DNA from: Dicyema japonicum
Taxonomy: Eukaryota; Animalia; Dicyemida
Assembly (NCBI GenBank): GCA_011109175.1
Contig: RDEW01000006.1
Span: 421,668 to 485,667 of the forward strand
Length of the DNA: 64,000 nucleotides
Direction: 5' to 3'
The notes beneath the pieces are model-generated. The model made no database searches. It was not told where the DNA came from and saw only the letters and a program-made list of their open reading frames with translations. The translations under genes were made by a program, and so were the position numbers. Of this stretch, positions 37,739 to 51,087 are shown piece after piece; positions within the stretch are counted from its first letter, which is position 1, and the number at the start of each line of letters is the position of its first letter.

Positions 37739-40282
37739 TTATCTTTTGTACTTCTTAAAAAGATGATGTACTCTTTTGGCAGGGGATGGTCGTTTAGTAG
37801 TATCAGCATATACTAATCCATGTGCACCCGACAGCATAGACATAGAACGACTCCCAGCCTACAAATAAGTTCCTAACACCAACCGTCGTCACCTCAGGCT
37901 TCTTCAACTCCTCAATCTCTTCCTCCAATACTCCCTTCTCACACTGTTTCAAAACCTCCTGCAGAAGTACAGCTTGTTCATTCTTGGTGGAATAAAACAG
38001 TGGAGCATCTTCCAATCCAGGGAGACTCTTTATCACATTATAGCAGTATCCCTGGTTAACCAAAAAGGCGTGTCGTTTGGCAGCATACTTACTCTCAGTA
38101 GTGTCCTGGGATATTAGAGAGTAAAAGAAAGCATTGTACTCATCCCCAACAATGCCTACAATAAATCACCAATGCCAGCCTTTCTTGGGTCTCAGAATTC
38201 TCCCCAAGCGCTGAGCCTCCTGCCTTCGAGACCCCCCATGACTAGAGATCTGAATCAGCACATTAGCGTCCGGCAAGTCGAAAGAAGTATCCGCCACCTG
38301 AGTTCGTGAAAAACGCAACCTTTGACACAAATATCGTGTTAACCGTGGACTCGTCTGGAATCTATGCAGAATGAGAACCGTTCCTCCTGAGACGTAGGTC
38401 CGTACAAAAATGCCCAAATTACAAATTCCTTACTTTTTAAGCTTAACGGCGTAGTGCATCAAAGCCATAATCGAGTCTGAGAACACGATAATCTTATCAT
38501 TCCGTTTCTCATGGTAGTCTATCAGAAATTGACAGGCCCTGAACTTATTGGGGTTCATCGCATATAATAACTGCCTCAAACACAATCCTTACCATTTTCT
38601 TGGCCTGTTTGGGGCTGTTTATGTACTCCTGGAAGAATTCTGGAGTCATTGGGCACCACACCTGGGTTTTACATAAAAATACCTCAGCACATTTCACACG
38701 TGCGATATATCCTGACTTTTGGAGGTCCAACCAATTAGCCTCGTATAATTTTGGCCCTATCAGAAAGTTAAGGTCAGTGATCTTATCGTCTTCCCTAACT
38801 AAAGTGGCTGTCAACCCAATCTTGCAATGAACCCTCAGTATCGTTAAGACCTGACGGAATATCCTAGCAGGAATGGTGTGGACCTCTTCTATTACTCAAA
38901 CAACTACCATCGAGAATCAGAAGCCCCCACTCTCTTTCCTTGACCCACTGCATCACCATTTCTGACTCAAAAGACGATTTTTTGTATGGGAGATCATATT
39001 ATACGTGCTAATGCACACAAAGTGTTTATCTACCATAACCACTCAACCAACCATCAGGCTGTTGTTTTGTGACGACGTGAACTTAAAGATGTGCTTGTCA
39101 GAAATGTCGGTCCACAAGCGAAACTGGACTAATTAAAGAGAGTACCTGAGATCTCCACTGTTCTACAGATACGTTCGGCGAAGTACAGAGGATTATACAG
39201 CGTTTTCTGACTGTACAAGCGGCTGTGACTCCCACCAGGGATTTACCAGCCCCACAGGGTAGCACTATCAGTCCAGACCGAGCTCTCCCATTACAGAATG
39301 TCTTCCTCAGACTCTTCTCCTGGTAAGGTCTCAGCAAAGTCGATGGCTTCAAACGAATTCTAAGTAAGAACACTATATTACGGAGTATTGGGGATTGTGG
39401 AGTCGTTCTTGTAGTCATACTCACTCAGAAGGGGATACTCCAATTCATTGCAGCGTTTCTGAACTAGTTCAATCTTGTCTTGTTGCACATGGAGAGAGTA
39501 AATGGAGTCATCCTCAACATTGAGTAATCATCTTCGTACATGGCTTGTCATCGACTCTAAAGTTATAGAAATGACCACCGTTCAGAAGGAGGAGGAAGTT
39601 TAGTCTGTTCCTTCACAAAACATGAGGATAAAGAGAATCAGTCCTGAGAGTGTTGTAAACATCCCTCAATCTGGTTTCCAGGTAGTAGCAGTTTGTATTT
39701 GAGGACCAACATGACCTTCCCGTAACTGAGTGTGCAAGATTCGATGAAGGAAAGCACAGAATCGGGGATTGATGTCTTGGAAAGGCGGGTCAGACTCTCA
39801 ATAATGTGGTTAGTGTCAAAGCCCACGGAAACGGCAGCATAAAGAGAGTAGGCAGTCATCTTGTATCGTGGATGAACTCAGGGCGGGACACAGGCTAAGA
39901 TTTAAGAACATGGGTACTTCTGCGATTGCTATTAGGAAATCCTGTGCGTGTTGCCAAATTGGAGAGAAAGCTTCGAGGAATATGTGTCCATTGGGGGTCA
40001 CCCAGAGGGGACATTGAGTGATGTCGTCTTTCAGCTTTAGTTGTTCAGTAAAGTCGTTGGCACCAAACTTGTTAGTGTTTAAGACTTCTTTGATCCTTTT
40101 CGAGGCAGCTTTAGGGAGAAGGGCAAATTGGTCACTCTGCTCGTCTTCTGATTCTTGTTTATTTACTAAAAATTAATATAAGAATCACAATGTCCTGAGA
40201 ATATGTTTGTCGTCTCATTTTCCTTTCGTTTCTTACTACTCTTATCTTCTTTTATGTCAACTAAATTCTTTCGTTTGGACAT
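37739..40282 (-). CDS. ERCC3: TFIIH helicase/translocase XPB, many 22-25 nt introns; several homopolymer indels
   Basis: [42 protein letters not shown] (Walker A), LILD|[31 protein letters not shown]; ends HHLFKKYKR*. Confidence 0.95.
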
Positions 40283-40439
40283 TCACAAGGATACTTTTAT
40301 TTTATTTATTTTTTATTTACTAATAATTTTATTATTTTATTTTTTTATAATAAAATGTGACTAATTAAGAATGGTCCCAGGTTCACTATAAGTCATAATT
40401 TAATTACCAAGAAAGAAAGTATTAAAAATAAAGTGATCC

Positions 40440-41000
40440 CAGCCTCGAATTTTCTTCGAGTACTCCGTCAGTGAACCAACAGCGTTTCTGAATTGTCTTA
40501 TTTTATTTTTGCAGGGGAATTCTATCGAAGTGCACTTTTTTAATGCCGATTTGAATTCCTCCGCATGAACCGCATTCTCTCTGAATGAATTTCCTTGTTC
40601 CTTTCACATACGTAGGAAGCCCTAGCCATTTCTCACCGTCGCATCATCTGAAAGGAGACTGGAGAAGGATGTGGAGTCTGATTGCATATGCCGCATGATC
40701 TTCCGTCTGAAAGAGTTCATAAGCTCGTCCCTCGTAGAAGGAATAGCGAATCTCTAAGCAAAACAGGCATATTCAACCGTCGGCACAATGATTGAAGATA
40801 TAATTTGCTGATACAAGCAGTAAGAGGGAAGGAGCTCTTCTTTATGATGTCTTTTAAGACGTTCTATTTTCGACGGGTTAAAGATCTTTGTTATGAGTGT
40901 CCTCGAAACCGAGTCGAAGGTCGAGCATCAAAATGTTTATTTAATGCATGCCTACGTGTTTTCTGTTATTATCAGATGTACCCTTCAATTCACTCATCAA
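40440..41000 (-). other. Candidate unidentified intron-containing coding fragment
   Basis: A 50-codon frame (...KIFNPSKIERLKRHHKEELLPSYCLYQQIISSIIVPT) joins a 38-codon frame (RFAIPSTRDELMNSFRRKIMRHMQ...) through a 24-nt GT-AG segment; no family recognised. Confidence 0.35.
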
Positions 41001-41388
41001 TGTTAACAATCCTATTTGGCTTTTCCACAATCTTTTTAACACTTTTTCAGCAATGATAGAACTCACAATTGCTCTTGTTGTCGGGCATTCATTTAATGTA
41101 CAAAGCTAAACAATTTCAATTAATATTTCTTTCACTTCAGAGCATTAGGATGATACTGCTAATTGCCCTTTGTTGTTCTGGGACCAAACATGTCAGATGT
41201 CTCACGGAGGTCGGCTACAAGGTGAACCGATCCCTAATGTGTTTCTTCTGTGAAACTAATTAAAATATAATTTAAGTCAATTTACAGTGTATCAGGAAAT
41301 GACAACTCTACAACTCCTTTCCAAACGTACAATCCCAACAATCCCTGTCACTATATAAATTTATAAACAAAAGGAAATCACAGTGACA

Positions 41389-41736
41389 GGCCGGGTGGCG
41401 TAGTGGTTAGGTGTCGGGCTTAAGTGGCTTAGGCTACGGGTTCGAATCTTCGAATCTCGCTGCTGTTCACCTGGTGGAAGGTTCCACGCATCTACGATGC
41501 AGAAATGGTTTGACGAGTGACGCCGTCATCAGTGAATACTCACTGCGGAACTGGATTTGTCTAGAAAGGACACTCACACAAGAAAAAGAAAAAAAGAAGA
41601 AGTGAAGATCATTCCTTGGTTCTACGATTAGTTAAAATTAACTGTTCTTTACTTAAATAAAGTGTGTGTCCTGCCTATGCGGAGCTATAAAATATTATGG
41701 CTCTCGTGAAAAGGCTTTATTATTATTATTATTATT
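41389..41736 (+). mobile_element. Full-length tRNA-derived SINE with 14-bp TSD AAATCACAGTGACA
   Basis: A box TGGCGTAGTGG, B box GGTTCGAATC, (ATT)n tail; TSD at 41375-41388 and 41737-41750. Confidence 0.9.
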
Positions 41737-42948
41737 AAATCACAGTGACAACTAGTGAACTGTCTCCAAAGAAATCTTCCATTCCTTTTAGCTTCCAAGA
41801 CTGGGGTCGTTTAAATTGGATACACGATTTTGTTTCCACATGATGCATCCGAAGACTTGATGATAACAGATACTACGCCGACCCCCTCCTCCGAAAAACT
41901 CTTTACGGTATGTACACCTATCAACATACGGATATGAGGTCGATGCTGCTAATTAAGTCCTCTTTCTTTTTGAACCCCTCCGAGTTCACCTTTTCTAATG
42001 TCCAGAACTTTTATTTATCTACCACACCAAAAGTGAGCGATTTATGGAAGTAACCGTAATTTTCCGCGTCCAACTCAACACCCACCGACCTCCTACATGT
42101 TAGTGAGGTCTAAGTAACTTATTTTAACCTCGTGCTCAGAGCGTATTCTCCTCAATGATTTCTTCATTGTCAATTCAAGAGTATCAGTGTCATTAATTTT
42201 GTTATAACTTTTCCTTCCCGATTAGACATTTCTCTACAAATTAATATTCGAGGACAAATCCTCCCTTATCCTGAATATTGTCTTGACATCGAAAAGATCA
42301 TTTTACTCCATTTAGGATAACGCATAGCACAAATCTCCCTCATGCATACAAAATCAACGCTTCTGGCAATTGCACACATACAAAACCGACAATAGTGATT
42401 CAAGAGACATCAAATAATCAGTTCTCAAACATATCATTCGGTGTCCAGTGGTGGGGAGTAATCGCTAAAACTGTACATTTAGTCGGCCAAGTGGTTAATT
42501 GGTCGAAAATTAAAGCAGTGGTGTGTTTACTTAGCTTCGTGGTGGATGAAATTGCTAGTCTATCTTCTGATCATGGACGACTAACTCAGAAGACACCAGA
42601 AACCCTTATTTCTAAAGAAAGCAGGTATAGGACACAAGTAGAATTCGACTCAGAATCTCGTCCACCCCCAAATTGAAAGAACCTGAGGATCAACTGTCTG
42701 CACTTATAGAATGATAGTTATCATGAATCTATGATGCTAATGACATTGTTTTAATTTTTGAAAAATAATGTACCTTAAAAATATCATAGGTGGTTGGAAT
42801 GCATGTAATCCTCAATAAAATAATGAGATTAATCAACCGTTAATTGGACCAAAACACAAAATCCAGCCCATTGAAAATTTCTTAATCGAATTACAGCGGA
42901 AACTCTTAAAGGAGGCTAGTTTACCGAGCTGTTCTCTATTCCATTCAC

Positions 42949-44292
42949 CAGTTGTTCCCGACCTTTTTGAGAGCACGGAACCCTATCGACATTTTTCATT
43001 TTATACGGAACCCTTATATAGTTTTTAACAATTATCAGTATTTTACTAATATAAAAAAATAAAATGCTAGTTAGTGAGATGGTTGAGGCTAATGTCTCTC
43101 GCATAGCTGTGAATATTGGCCTTTTCCTTAACAGGGATAAACGCAGGTCTTCTTTCACATACAGTAGGTTCGCGCGTTTTTTATATTTGTTAATGCAGAA
43201 AATCCACTTTCACAGGGATAAGTCGTTAAAACTGGACCAAATATCTAGAAGCTTTGTTTGCCATAATAGGATATTCTTTTTGCCAATCAGCCAAAACGAA
43301 TCAACATCAGTAAATATTCCATTTTTAACGTTCTGTCAAACAAACGCAAGTTCTTATTTTTTTAATGATAGCTCGTTTCCAGTTATTTTGTACTCAGCTA
43401 AAAAGATTCCTCAACTAATATGGGTGGAAATAATTATTTGTACATGTAAATAGTGACTCCAAATGGTCTACAATTTGTAGAACAATTTCTTTCTTCACAT
43501 GAGGGAACATTTCCAAGTTTCCATTCGTGATATGTCGTTTCCATATTTGTAGTTTTTTTCAGAAAAGCAGCTATTTTGTCCGCGCAACTCAATAGATTTT
43601 CATTTCTTCCTTGCATGCAGCTATTGAGAATATTGAGTTCATGAAAAATATCGGCGAGATGTGCTAATTTGCGTCACCAACATTCATCATTGAGACATTC
43701 AATAAAGTCATCCAACTTCTCTTGTATACAAAAAGCCAACAATTCGTGTCTTTGAAACGAATTAACATGTTTCCCCTTGAGAGCCATCTTACTTGAGGAT
43801 GCAAAATCAAAACTGAATGATTTTCACAATGTTTTGAGAACCGTCGCAATTTCAACGGCCTTATTTTAATTAATTATTTTTACAACCATGTCCAAGCACA
43901 TTTAAGTTCATGCCCAATAGTTTTTTGCGACAATGCCTCGCGATGAAGAAAACAATGCGTGTGAATAATGTTCGGATTCTTATTTTTCGCAATAAAAACG
44001 AAGCTATTTTCGCAAGTTTTTAACCGCAAACGATACAAAGTGGTAGAATCCATGTCTCCAGTCCATATGAAACCAAAGGCAATATAACTTTCTCGATAAG
44101 ATCGAACTTTAAGATATGCACTGTCACAAGACTCCATTTAAACACGCGCAAATTAAATTAATTCGTTTTGAAAAATTATTCTTTTGAAAAAAAAATTTAA
44201 AAAAATTTTGGAACTTTGCGGAACCTCAAGAGCTGTTCAGGATTCTCGACCCCGTCGGACTCGTCCTCTATTTTGTCGGTCTGGGATCACTT
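42949..44292 (-). mobile_element. hAT (Buster/Charlie-like) transposon relic
   Basis: TIR CAGTTGTTCCCGACCTTTT; peptides VRWLSRGNML, THCFLHREAL and YIAFGFIWTG. Confidence 0.8.
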
Positions 44293-44510
44293 CGTTAGAT
44301 GAGAACTTTTATTTCTTTATCTTTGACCCAGTGATCCTGGGGGTAATAATAATAACCGTACAAGTTCAAGGGAGGTATAGATGGTTGAAGAAACAAACTA
44401 GTAAATAAGAGCTAAAAAATTAAGAGTAACAGAAGTATGTGACCCAATCGCTAAATATACTAACAATTAGCAAGAATGACCGATAGAATAAACCAAAGTA
44501 AACCTAACCG

Positions 44511-45772
44511 TTAGACAAATCGTGAATAATCAAAGATTGGATATGTCACGTCAGTGCAGACACCACAACGATTGTCATTCGTGGCTACTTTAGTAAATCC
44601 GTCATCGTTCCCAATTTGTGCTCCAAGAGTTCTTCACAATCCAATAGCCAGTATTATTCCCAGTAAGCTTGTATCCAACCAAAAGCACAGCATGGTGCAA
44701 ATTTTTCAGATGCTGGAATAATCATCATAATCTACATTTGGGGTCATTGTAAATTTCAGATTTATAGAAACTAAAAGTCCTTTGACTGGAATCAATTCCA
44801 ATCGAGAAGGGTCCCACAGTATAGAGAGCATGCATTATGGAAGCTACGTTATTGGGGACCATTTTGAACCCCCTCAGTTTAAAATGCTGACGGAAATCTC
44901 CATTTTTACAAGGCATGTCCTACAAATCAGATTTCAGAAGGACCATTCCCATATATGGCCCATACTCTTCAGTTGCTGCGAGTCCATATAAGTCTATATA
45001 AGCAAACGAATTCACATCAAGTCCCCCAAAGCAGCCGTTGTTGTGTTGACCCCACGAACAGTCCACAAGTTGTTGTTCAGAAAAATAAGACGGAATTATT
45101 TGTTTTAATGAAGTAATGTGACTCAATTACACCGGTAGTACCAAACGACCAACATGATCCGCAATTTGAATGAGGAATCCTTTCTGTTGTGAGCCATCAC
45201 AAAATTTAAAATAAGTAATGACAAGATCACCGCAATGAATGTCTGTGGTTGTTCTCTGCTTCAAGTAGGTCACGTTCTGACTCAAATTTTGGCTTGTGGT
45301 TTAAGATGCAGTTTGTGAGCTTTTTCCGCACTTCCCGGGTCGAAAAACTCAGAAATCAGGTCAATATTCATATCATCTTTTACATGACTTTTTCTGACAG
45401 TACAGAACTCTAAAGTGATAAAGATCCACGACTATTGGTAATTTATTCTATTTCATGATCGCCAGGGTTACGGGGGTAATCGTCATACTAATGGTAGTTG
45501 ATCATGTATTTATCGTAATGAGATACGAATAAAGTGTCATATCCAAACATTTCATATCTTGATGGGACCAGGCGCTCATCAGTGAAGAAGAGATTGCTCC
45601 CTAATACGTCCTCAATTTTTCTCCACACAAAACACTTTCCACTTCTATTTAGTCTCCCGTCATCTGATTTACAGGCGTATGTCCCTGGAAGTTTCTTAAA
45701 GTTATAATTCCCATTTACTGAGAAGGACTTGAAAAGACCGACTGAAATCAGAAGCGATGATTTATGTGTAGT
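44511..45772 (-). pseudogene. 26/29-kDa-proteinase-like papain-family protease, disrupted or mis-assembled
   Basis: N-terminal SRYEMFGYDTLFVSHYDKY; NCGSCWSFGTTG, SEQQLVDCSWGQHNNGCFGG, HHAVLLVGY, WIVKNSW. Propeptide and the DWR..KDQ segment look degenerate. Confidence 0.75.
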
Positions 45773-46119
45773 CTAATATTTATTATTTTATGTTAAAAAA
45801 TAAATTTAAGTATTTAAAAAATTAAATTATCGAGTGGATTACATGAAAAAAAAGTATGCATCATCATTAAGGTGAATTGCATTGAGACTGAGTACTGTGC
45901 TAAATCACATGTAAACGAGAGTGACTACATGACTTAATGTATTATACTATTTCGGGTTCATTAACACGTCCTTTTATATTGCTGCTTCTGTGGATCACTT
46001 CAATAATAATGATATCTAAAATCAAACGATCATCTTGTTTTTTAATATCATTTTATTTGAGTTTAAAAAATAATTCGAAAGAACTAAATTCAAATACAAG
46101 ACAATTTGCTTTTACGTTA

Positions 46120-46500
46120 ATTATTCAAAATCACAAGTGTGTTTGGTGACTAGCATATTGAATCCCATTCGCTGACAAGAAGGTCGTATTTATGCAGGTT
46201 TTCCACTTCAATCAACTTTAACATTTATTGAGCAGTGATTCCCGTTTATTCTTCGTTTTTTCATCAACAAAAATATATAGTTAAGTTTTACCAGACCATC
46301 TGTTTTAAGTGTCGTATCTACCCTTATCTCTACACCTTTTAGACTTTTTAATCCCAAACTGAGAAAAAGATGTAAATGTAATCACCTCATAACTTTATTG
46401 TGTCGCCACATATAAGCACCGTTGAGCATCCTGTTAAATCATGTAGCCAAATAATCCACAATCTTTTTAGCAGACCACAATGAATGACCACTAAGTCGAG
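46120..46500 (-). mobile_element. R4/Dong-like RLE retrotransposon 3' relic
   Basis: KIVDYLAT, RHNKVM, EIRVDT and HKYDLL remnants, homologous to ORF 60343..61026. Confidence 0.6.
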
Positions 46501-46690
46501 TATTTTTAACAATTTATTAACAAAAAAAAAGCATTTAAATAATTAATCCTTTGCAGATAGGATTGCGTATACGTTTCCATGCAATACGGCAATCCCGATT
46601 CGTTGTCTTAGCCATAAGATTCTCGGGGTTCTTTCTTTCGGCTCTCTAGTTTCCTAGTCGAGTATTATTAGATATTGAAAATTATCATAG
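46495..46690 (-). mobile_element. CRE-like extreme 3' end
   Basis: LWLRQRIGIAVLHGNVYAILSA matches the C-terminus at 31520-31596. Confidence 0.65.
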
Positions 46691-47322
46691 TAAACAATTC
46701 AGTTGATTACTTCATTAGAGAGCACGTTCATGACAGAGGACTTGCAGTATTATAAGAGAAATTAATTATGGAGTTATCCACTAAATTTCATGAGGCATCA
46801 TTGATTAAATATAGCGATGGGAGACGAGTTTAGCTCTTCTAGGATAGTATTGGGAGATATGACAGTTTGAGTACAAATATTTGAGTCTCAAATCGCTTAA
46901 ATTCTACATTTTCTCATTCTAACATTATTAAATCAAACATTCATCCTTACTCTGTGGTATCCCGGGTTGACATCGCGGTGATCAATGTTCATTCCAGAGG
47001 GGAGTTTAAGGCATCCCATCTGGTACCGTGGTGGCTGTCCGATTCGATGCCGCAGGATTCCTCTCTGCTCTTTGCCATCTTCAATTCCAAAGAGGAGTCA
47101 TGCGCTCCACTCATCTAAGAAGACATATCTAGCCGGCATACAATAGGATCCTACACATCCCTGCTCCGCTGGACAGGTTCCCTCAACGGCAGATATTAAT
47201 TAAAAAAGCGTCTCACAATGACCACGGAAAGGGAACCACCTAATTATTTACTCACATAAACCAAATGAATATTGTCAGTTATGTTTTTTAAAGTAAAATA
47301 AAATTCGCATATATAAATAGAG

Positions 47323-49157
47323 TTACATGCCATTTTCAAATTCATGAAAGTCATCATCAGAATTTCCATTACAGCCAACCTCAACTGTAGTTTCTCCACT
47401 GTCAAACGTATCTTCCAGTTTAATTTCAACGGAGCCAAATTCCAGCGAGGAATTTTCCCCAACACTGTCAAACACCACTGTCTGCTCAACCACCTCTTCC
47501 TTGCTCTGTACCTTGTTAGATATTCCAAGTAAGAGTCCCTTGATTCTACGAATTAGTCAAATTCAAACGATCTAAACATCTTTGATGAGGCAGTCACAAT
47601 AAAGTTACCAGTCGAGGTCTCAAATAAGTCATAAACGTACCACAGCAGCCAAAGCTCCCGAATATTCGATCAAACTGCTCGTCTCATAACTATTTACAGA
47701 AGTGGTCTCCTCGCTTTCCGACCTCTTAACCATTCTGTTACGTTCCAACATCTTCTCAATCACCAACATAGCCTGTGACTCGTCTCCATTTGAATTTCTT
47801 CCGTCCCCACTCTACAGTCAAACAACACCTTACATTCACAGAGTCAAGTAGCAATTGATTTAACGAACGGTTGAACCGAAGAGAGCAAATCAGTCCATAG
47901 TAGGCAGCAATCTTGAGATTATTACCACGCAAGTCAATTTGGGTGATATTCTTTGACTCAGCCAAAAACTCCGACAAGGCAATAACGCCTACATGGGGTT
48001 ATTTACGTACCTTCTGTCACTTGGAGACAGTTCCGCAGTTCTAGTCGACACAGGCGGTGACATTTAAACAAACCAAGTTTCAGGTCTACCAATCCTTCAT
48101 CCCCAATTGGATTGTTGTTCAAAGTCAAGCATTTTAGACGAGTATTTGTGATAAAGGAAGACAGAGTGAGCATTGACTTTGAAGTTATGGCGTTTTTGCT
48201 TAGATGCAAGTGAGCGAGAGAACTAGAGTTTTCTGACAGGCCAGTAAGGAAAGAAATCAGTCCGACATCCTCGGATAAAAGGAACGAATACCTTCAAATC
48301 GTTGTTGCTGAGGTCCAGAAGCCGTAATCTAATCTGTCCTAACATCAGGTATTTCAGATAAGCAGTATCGTCCAGTGTGATGCCATTTCCCCCCAAATAG
48401 AGCTCCCGAATGGAGGTATTATTCCTCACTCCGTTAACTGCCGTGAGAAAATGAGGTACCAATTTCGCTCAAGTTGACTCCGTTGGCGTTTATGTTCTCC
48501 AAGTGAAGCACATTCACGTAAGCCCCGTATCGGAAGCCACGTGTGAAATAAAGCATTGCGTCATAGTCAAAATTTATCCTGTTAAGATCCACGTGGGTGA
48601 CACAGGTAGACTGAGAGTTAAACTTAAGTTACCCCCCGCAGCAGTTTGGTAAAACTGATCCATGATCTGGGTCCCATTCCACGAAGAGAGCAAAGGTTGA
48701 GTTTGACGACGGAATCATAGAAGATGAGGATTTCAAAAAACGAGACAGCAGCCTCGAATAAGAATAGCCAAACCTCCTCGTCAATGTAGGAATTCTCCAA
48801 ACTGATAGAAATAAAACGAGCTCGTCTAAAAACCTCCTCCAATGCCTCCACCTGATTTAAATTTAGTCGTAAATCTGCAATCACTGGAAGACAAACTTGA
48901 CAGATCCATTATGGGATATCTGTTATCAGTAGGAGTCAATTCCTCCAGCTGGTTGATGACGGTTGGGAGTGGTTTACAGTTGTACCTAAAGGAACATGTT
49001 CTGTATTTCTCTATAATATCGGCTGGGTCAGCTAGAGTGAGGACTCAATATTACCAGTAGCAAATAGATTCTGAGGTTTGTCGACGTAAGTTATTACTGT
49101 TGTGAGAGAGTTAGAAAATGAAACAGAACGGCCAACAGATTCGTCTCCAATCATCAT
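47323..49157 (-). CDS. PPP1R37: Leucine-rich-repeat protein PPP1R37 (LRRC68)-like, multiple tiny introns
   Basis: NCKPLPTVINQLEE, LNQVEALEEVFRR, MGPRSW, IRELYLGGN, LNNNPIGDEG..LKLGL, FLAESKNITQIDLRGNNL, in the order expected for PPP1R37. Confidence 0.8.
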
Positions 49158-49639
49158 AACAAGAACATAAAGTGATTTAACAATGTATGTTTAATATAAT
49201 TATAATATTTAAAATATTTATTTCATATTTTTTAATATACGAGCCATTTAAATTGGGTATTTTTTAATATAGCTTTTCTAAATAAATGGCTTTTCTTCTG
49301 AATTGCTAAATGCGTATTAGGTGATTAAATTATATAAATAGAATTTAATTGTAATAATTGAATATTTAAAATAAATTAAACTGGAATTATTGATTTTAAA
49401 ATTTAAGCTAATACTAAATCTTTGTTATTCTAAGCCAGTGACTCCTCCGGATGGCTATCATGAGAGGCAACGTGGTGCATGTAAACAGTGGGGATTTTAT
49501 ATATTTTAAGATAATAGCTATTTCTGGAATATATGGGTTGAATACCATCAATTGAGTGTTTTTGTTGACGCATAAATATTGAATTATTCTATTGAATGAG
49601 TTTTTAGGTAAATTCATCCCCTATTATTACATCGATGGT

Positions 49640-49960
49640 AATTTTTTTATAAATAAAATAATAAATCATTATTAGCATTTCACGAGAGTCATAATATTTA
49701 TAGCCCTCGTGTGCAATAAAGGGAACAATCTTGGATGTCAATCTCTTCCACACACCTTTATTAGCTAGGGTTCTTAATGCATCCTCAGCGGATTTCAAAT
49801 CTCGTTTTACGTTTTTAAAGTTTTTTTTGTAGGATACTGGAAAAGTTATCTTAGACCTCTCACGGAAATTACCTTCTGGCAAACATAGTAGTCTTCCATA
49901 GTTCTGCTCGGCGGGGATGTCAACCACATCCACAGGATGTGCATGAATAGGGTATTTTCT
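49640..49960 (-). mobile_element. RTE LINE 3' fragment
   Basis: PAEQN..FRERSKITFP..LRTLANKGVWKRL; 3' motif shared with 8040-8085. Confidence 0.75.
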
Positions 49961-51087
49961 TAATCAACTATTTTCATTATTAAAGAAACACACGTAAAAC
50001 GATAATAGCTATGGTTTTACCAGTGCGGCGTATTGGGTTTAAAAAATTAGAGTTATAGGGTCTTAACCCTAGCTCTATGGATGTTCTTCCTTCGAATAGC
50101 AATCAGAGTTAGCCAAGAACCCACAAGGGGACTAAGAGTTTCCGATTTTTGAGGAAATCGTATGGTGAGGACTCGGAGATTTCCACAGCGAAAGAAACTG
50201 ACCATCTACATGTCATTTTCCATTTAGTCTACCAATAATGAGGGGAAAACAGACACTTTCAAAGCCCTTGACGAGTACGCTTAATGCTTTATGCCAGGAA
50301 GCCCTTCCGACACTTTCTCTGTACGCGAGTCCAAAACCGTCAATCCCTCACCACATATTCACTGTTGTGGTGCACAGATCCTCATTACCATTCGGAGTCA
50401 ACAAAAGTCCCCAAACAAGATCTTCAAGACACTGTTGCAGGTTCTGAAGTGGTGGGAGGTGTAGTTACGTTTTCCATAAATTTGATTTATTGGAATTAAT
50501 TTAATAAATCAATATTAGTTGTGGTTGCCAACATTATTGTTCATTATTTTGAAGATTTGTGGGATTACAACGATTTCCCAGATCTCAGCTTTATTAGATC
50601 CTGTAGATTTTGGTAAAACGTTCCGACCGTCGTCAAATATGCCGTTACTCATGTTCTGCTCATCAATTGTGAAATTGCTTTGATCTACCGAGAGTTGTTG
50701 GCTCTAAAACAAATGACATTTTTTAATTCTTTAATTTGACAGTGCCATTCTAATTTTGCAAGTTTAGCGACGTTCTGAAAATGTACAAACAAGAAAATAA
50801 TTGAACTGTAAATTTATTGCTATTAAGTGAGCCTCTGACCCAGGCCAAGCATCTAAGCCAATAGAGGATCAGAAGAAAGGAAGTACCGAAAAAATTCTGA
50901 AGATAATTTGTTTGTCCCATTTGCTGATGAAACTCAGGAATTCTTTGCCCACAAACGGACTACCTATTCCTCCCTATTTGATGAATGATCCAAAGGGTCA
51001 CCAAGGATCTACGTGAGACTGGATTGTTTCGAGAGCGTATCTAAATAGCTATTGTCAGAGAAAGCAATCTGGCGATTCTAACTCCCT

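Noticed and set aside
37739-40282. Frameshifts in XPB, CD2BP2, septin and cathepsin L as pseudogenisation, programmed frameshifting or RNA editing
   Set aside because: The indels I inspected are mostly single bases in homopolymer runs of otherwise conserved genes, which is the signature of unpolished long-read consensus. Short-read polishing would decide it.
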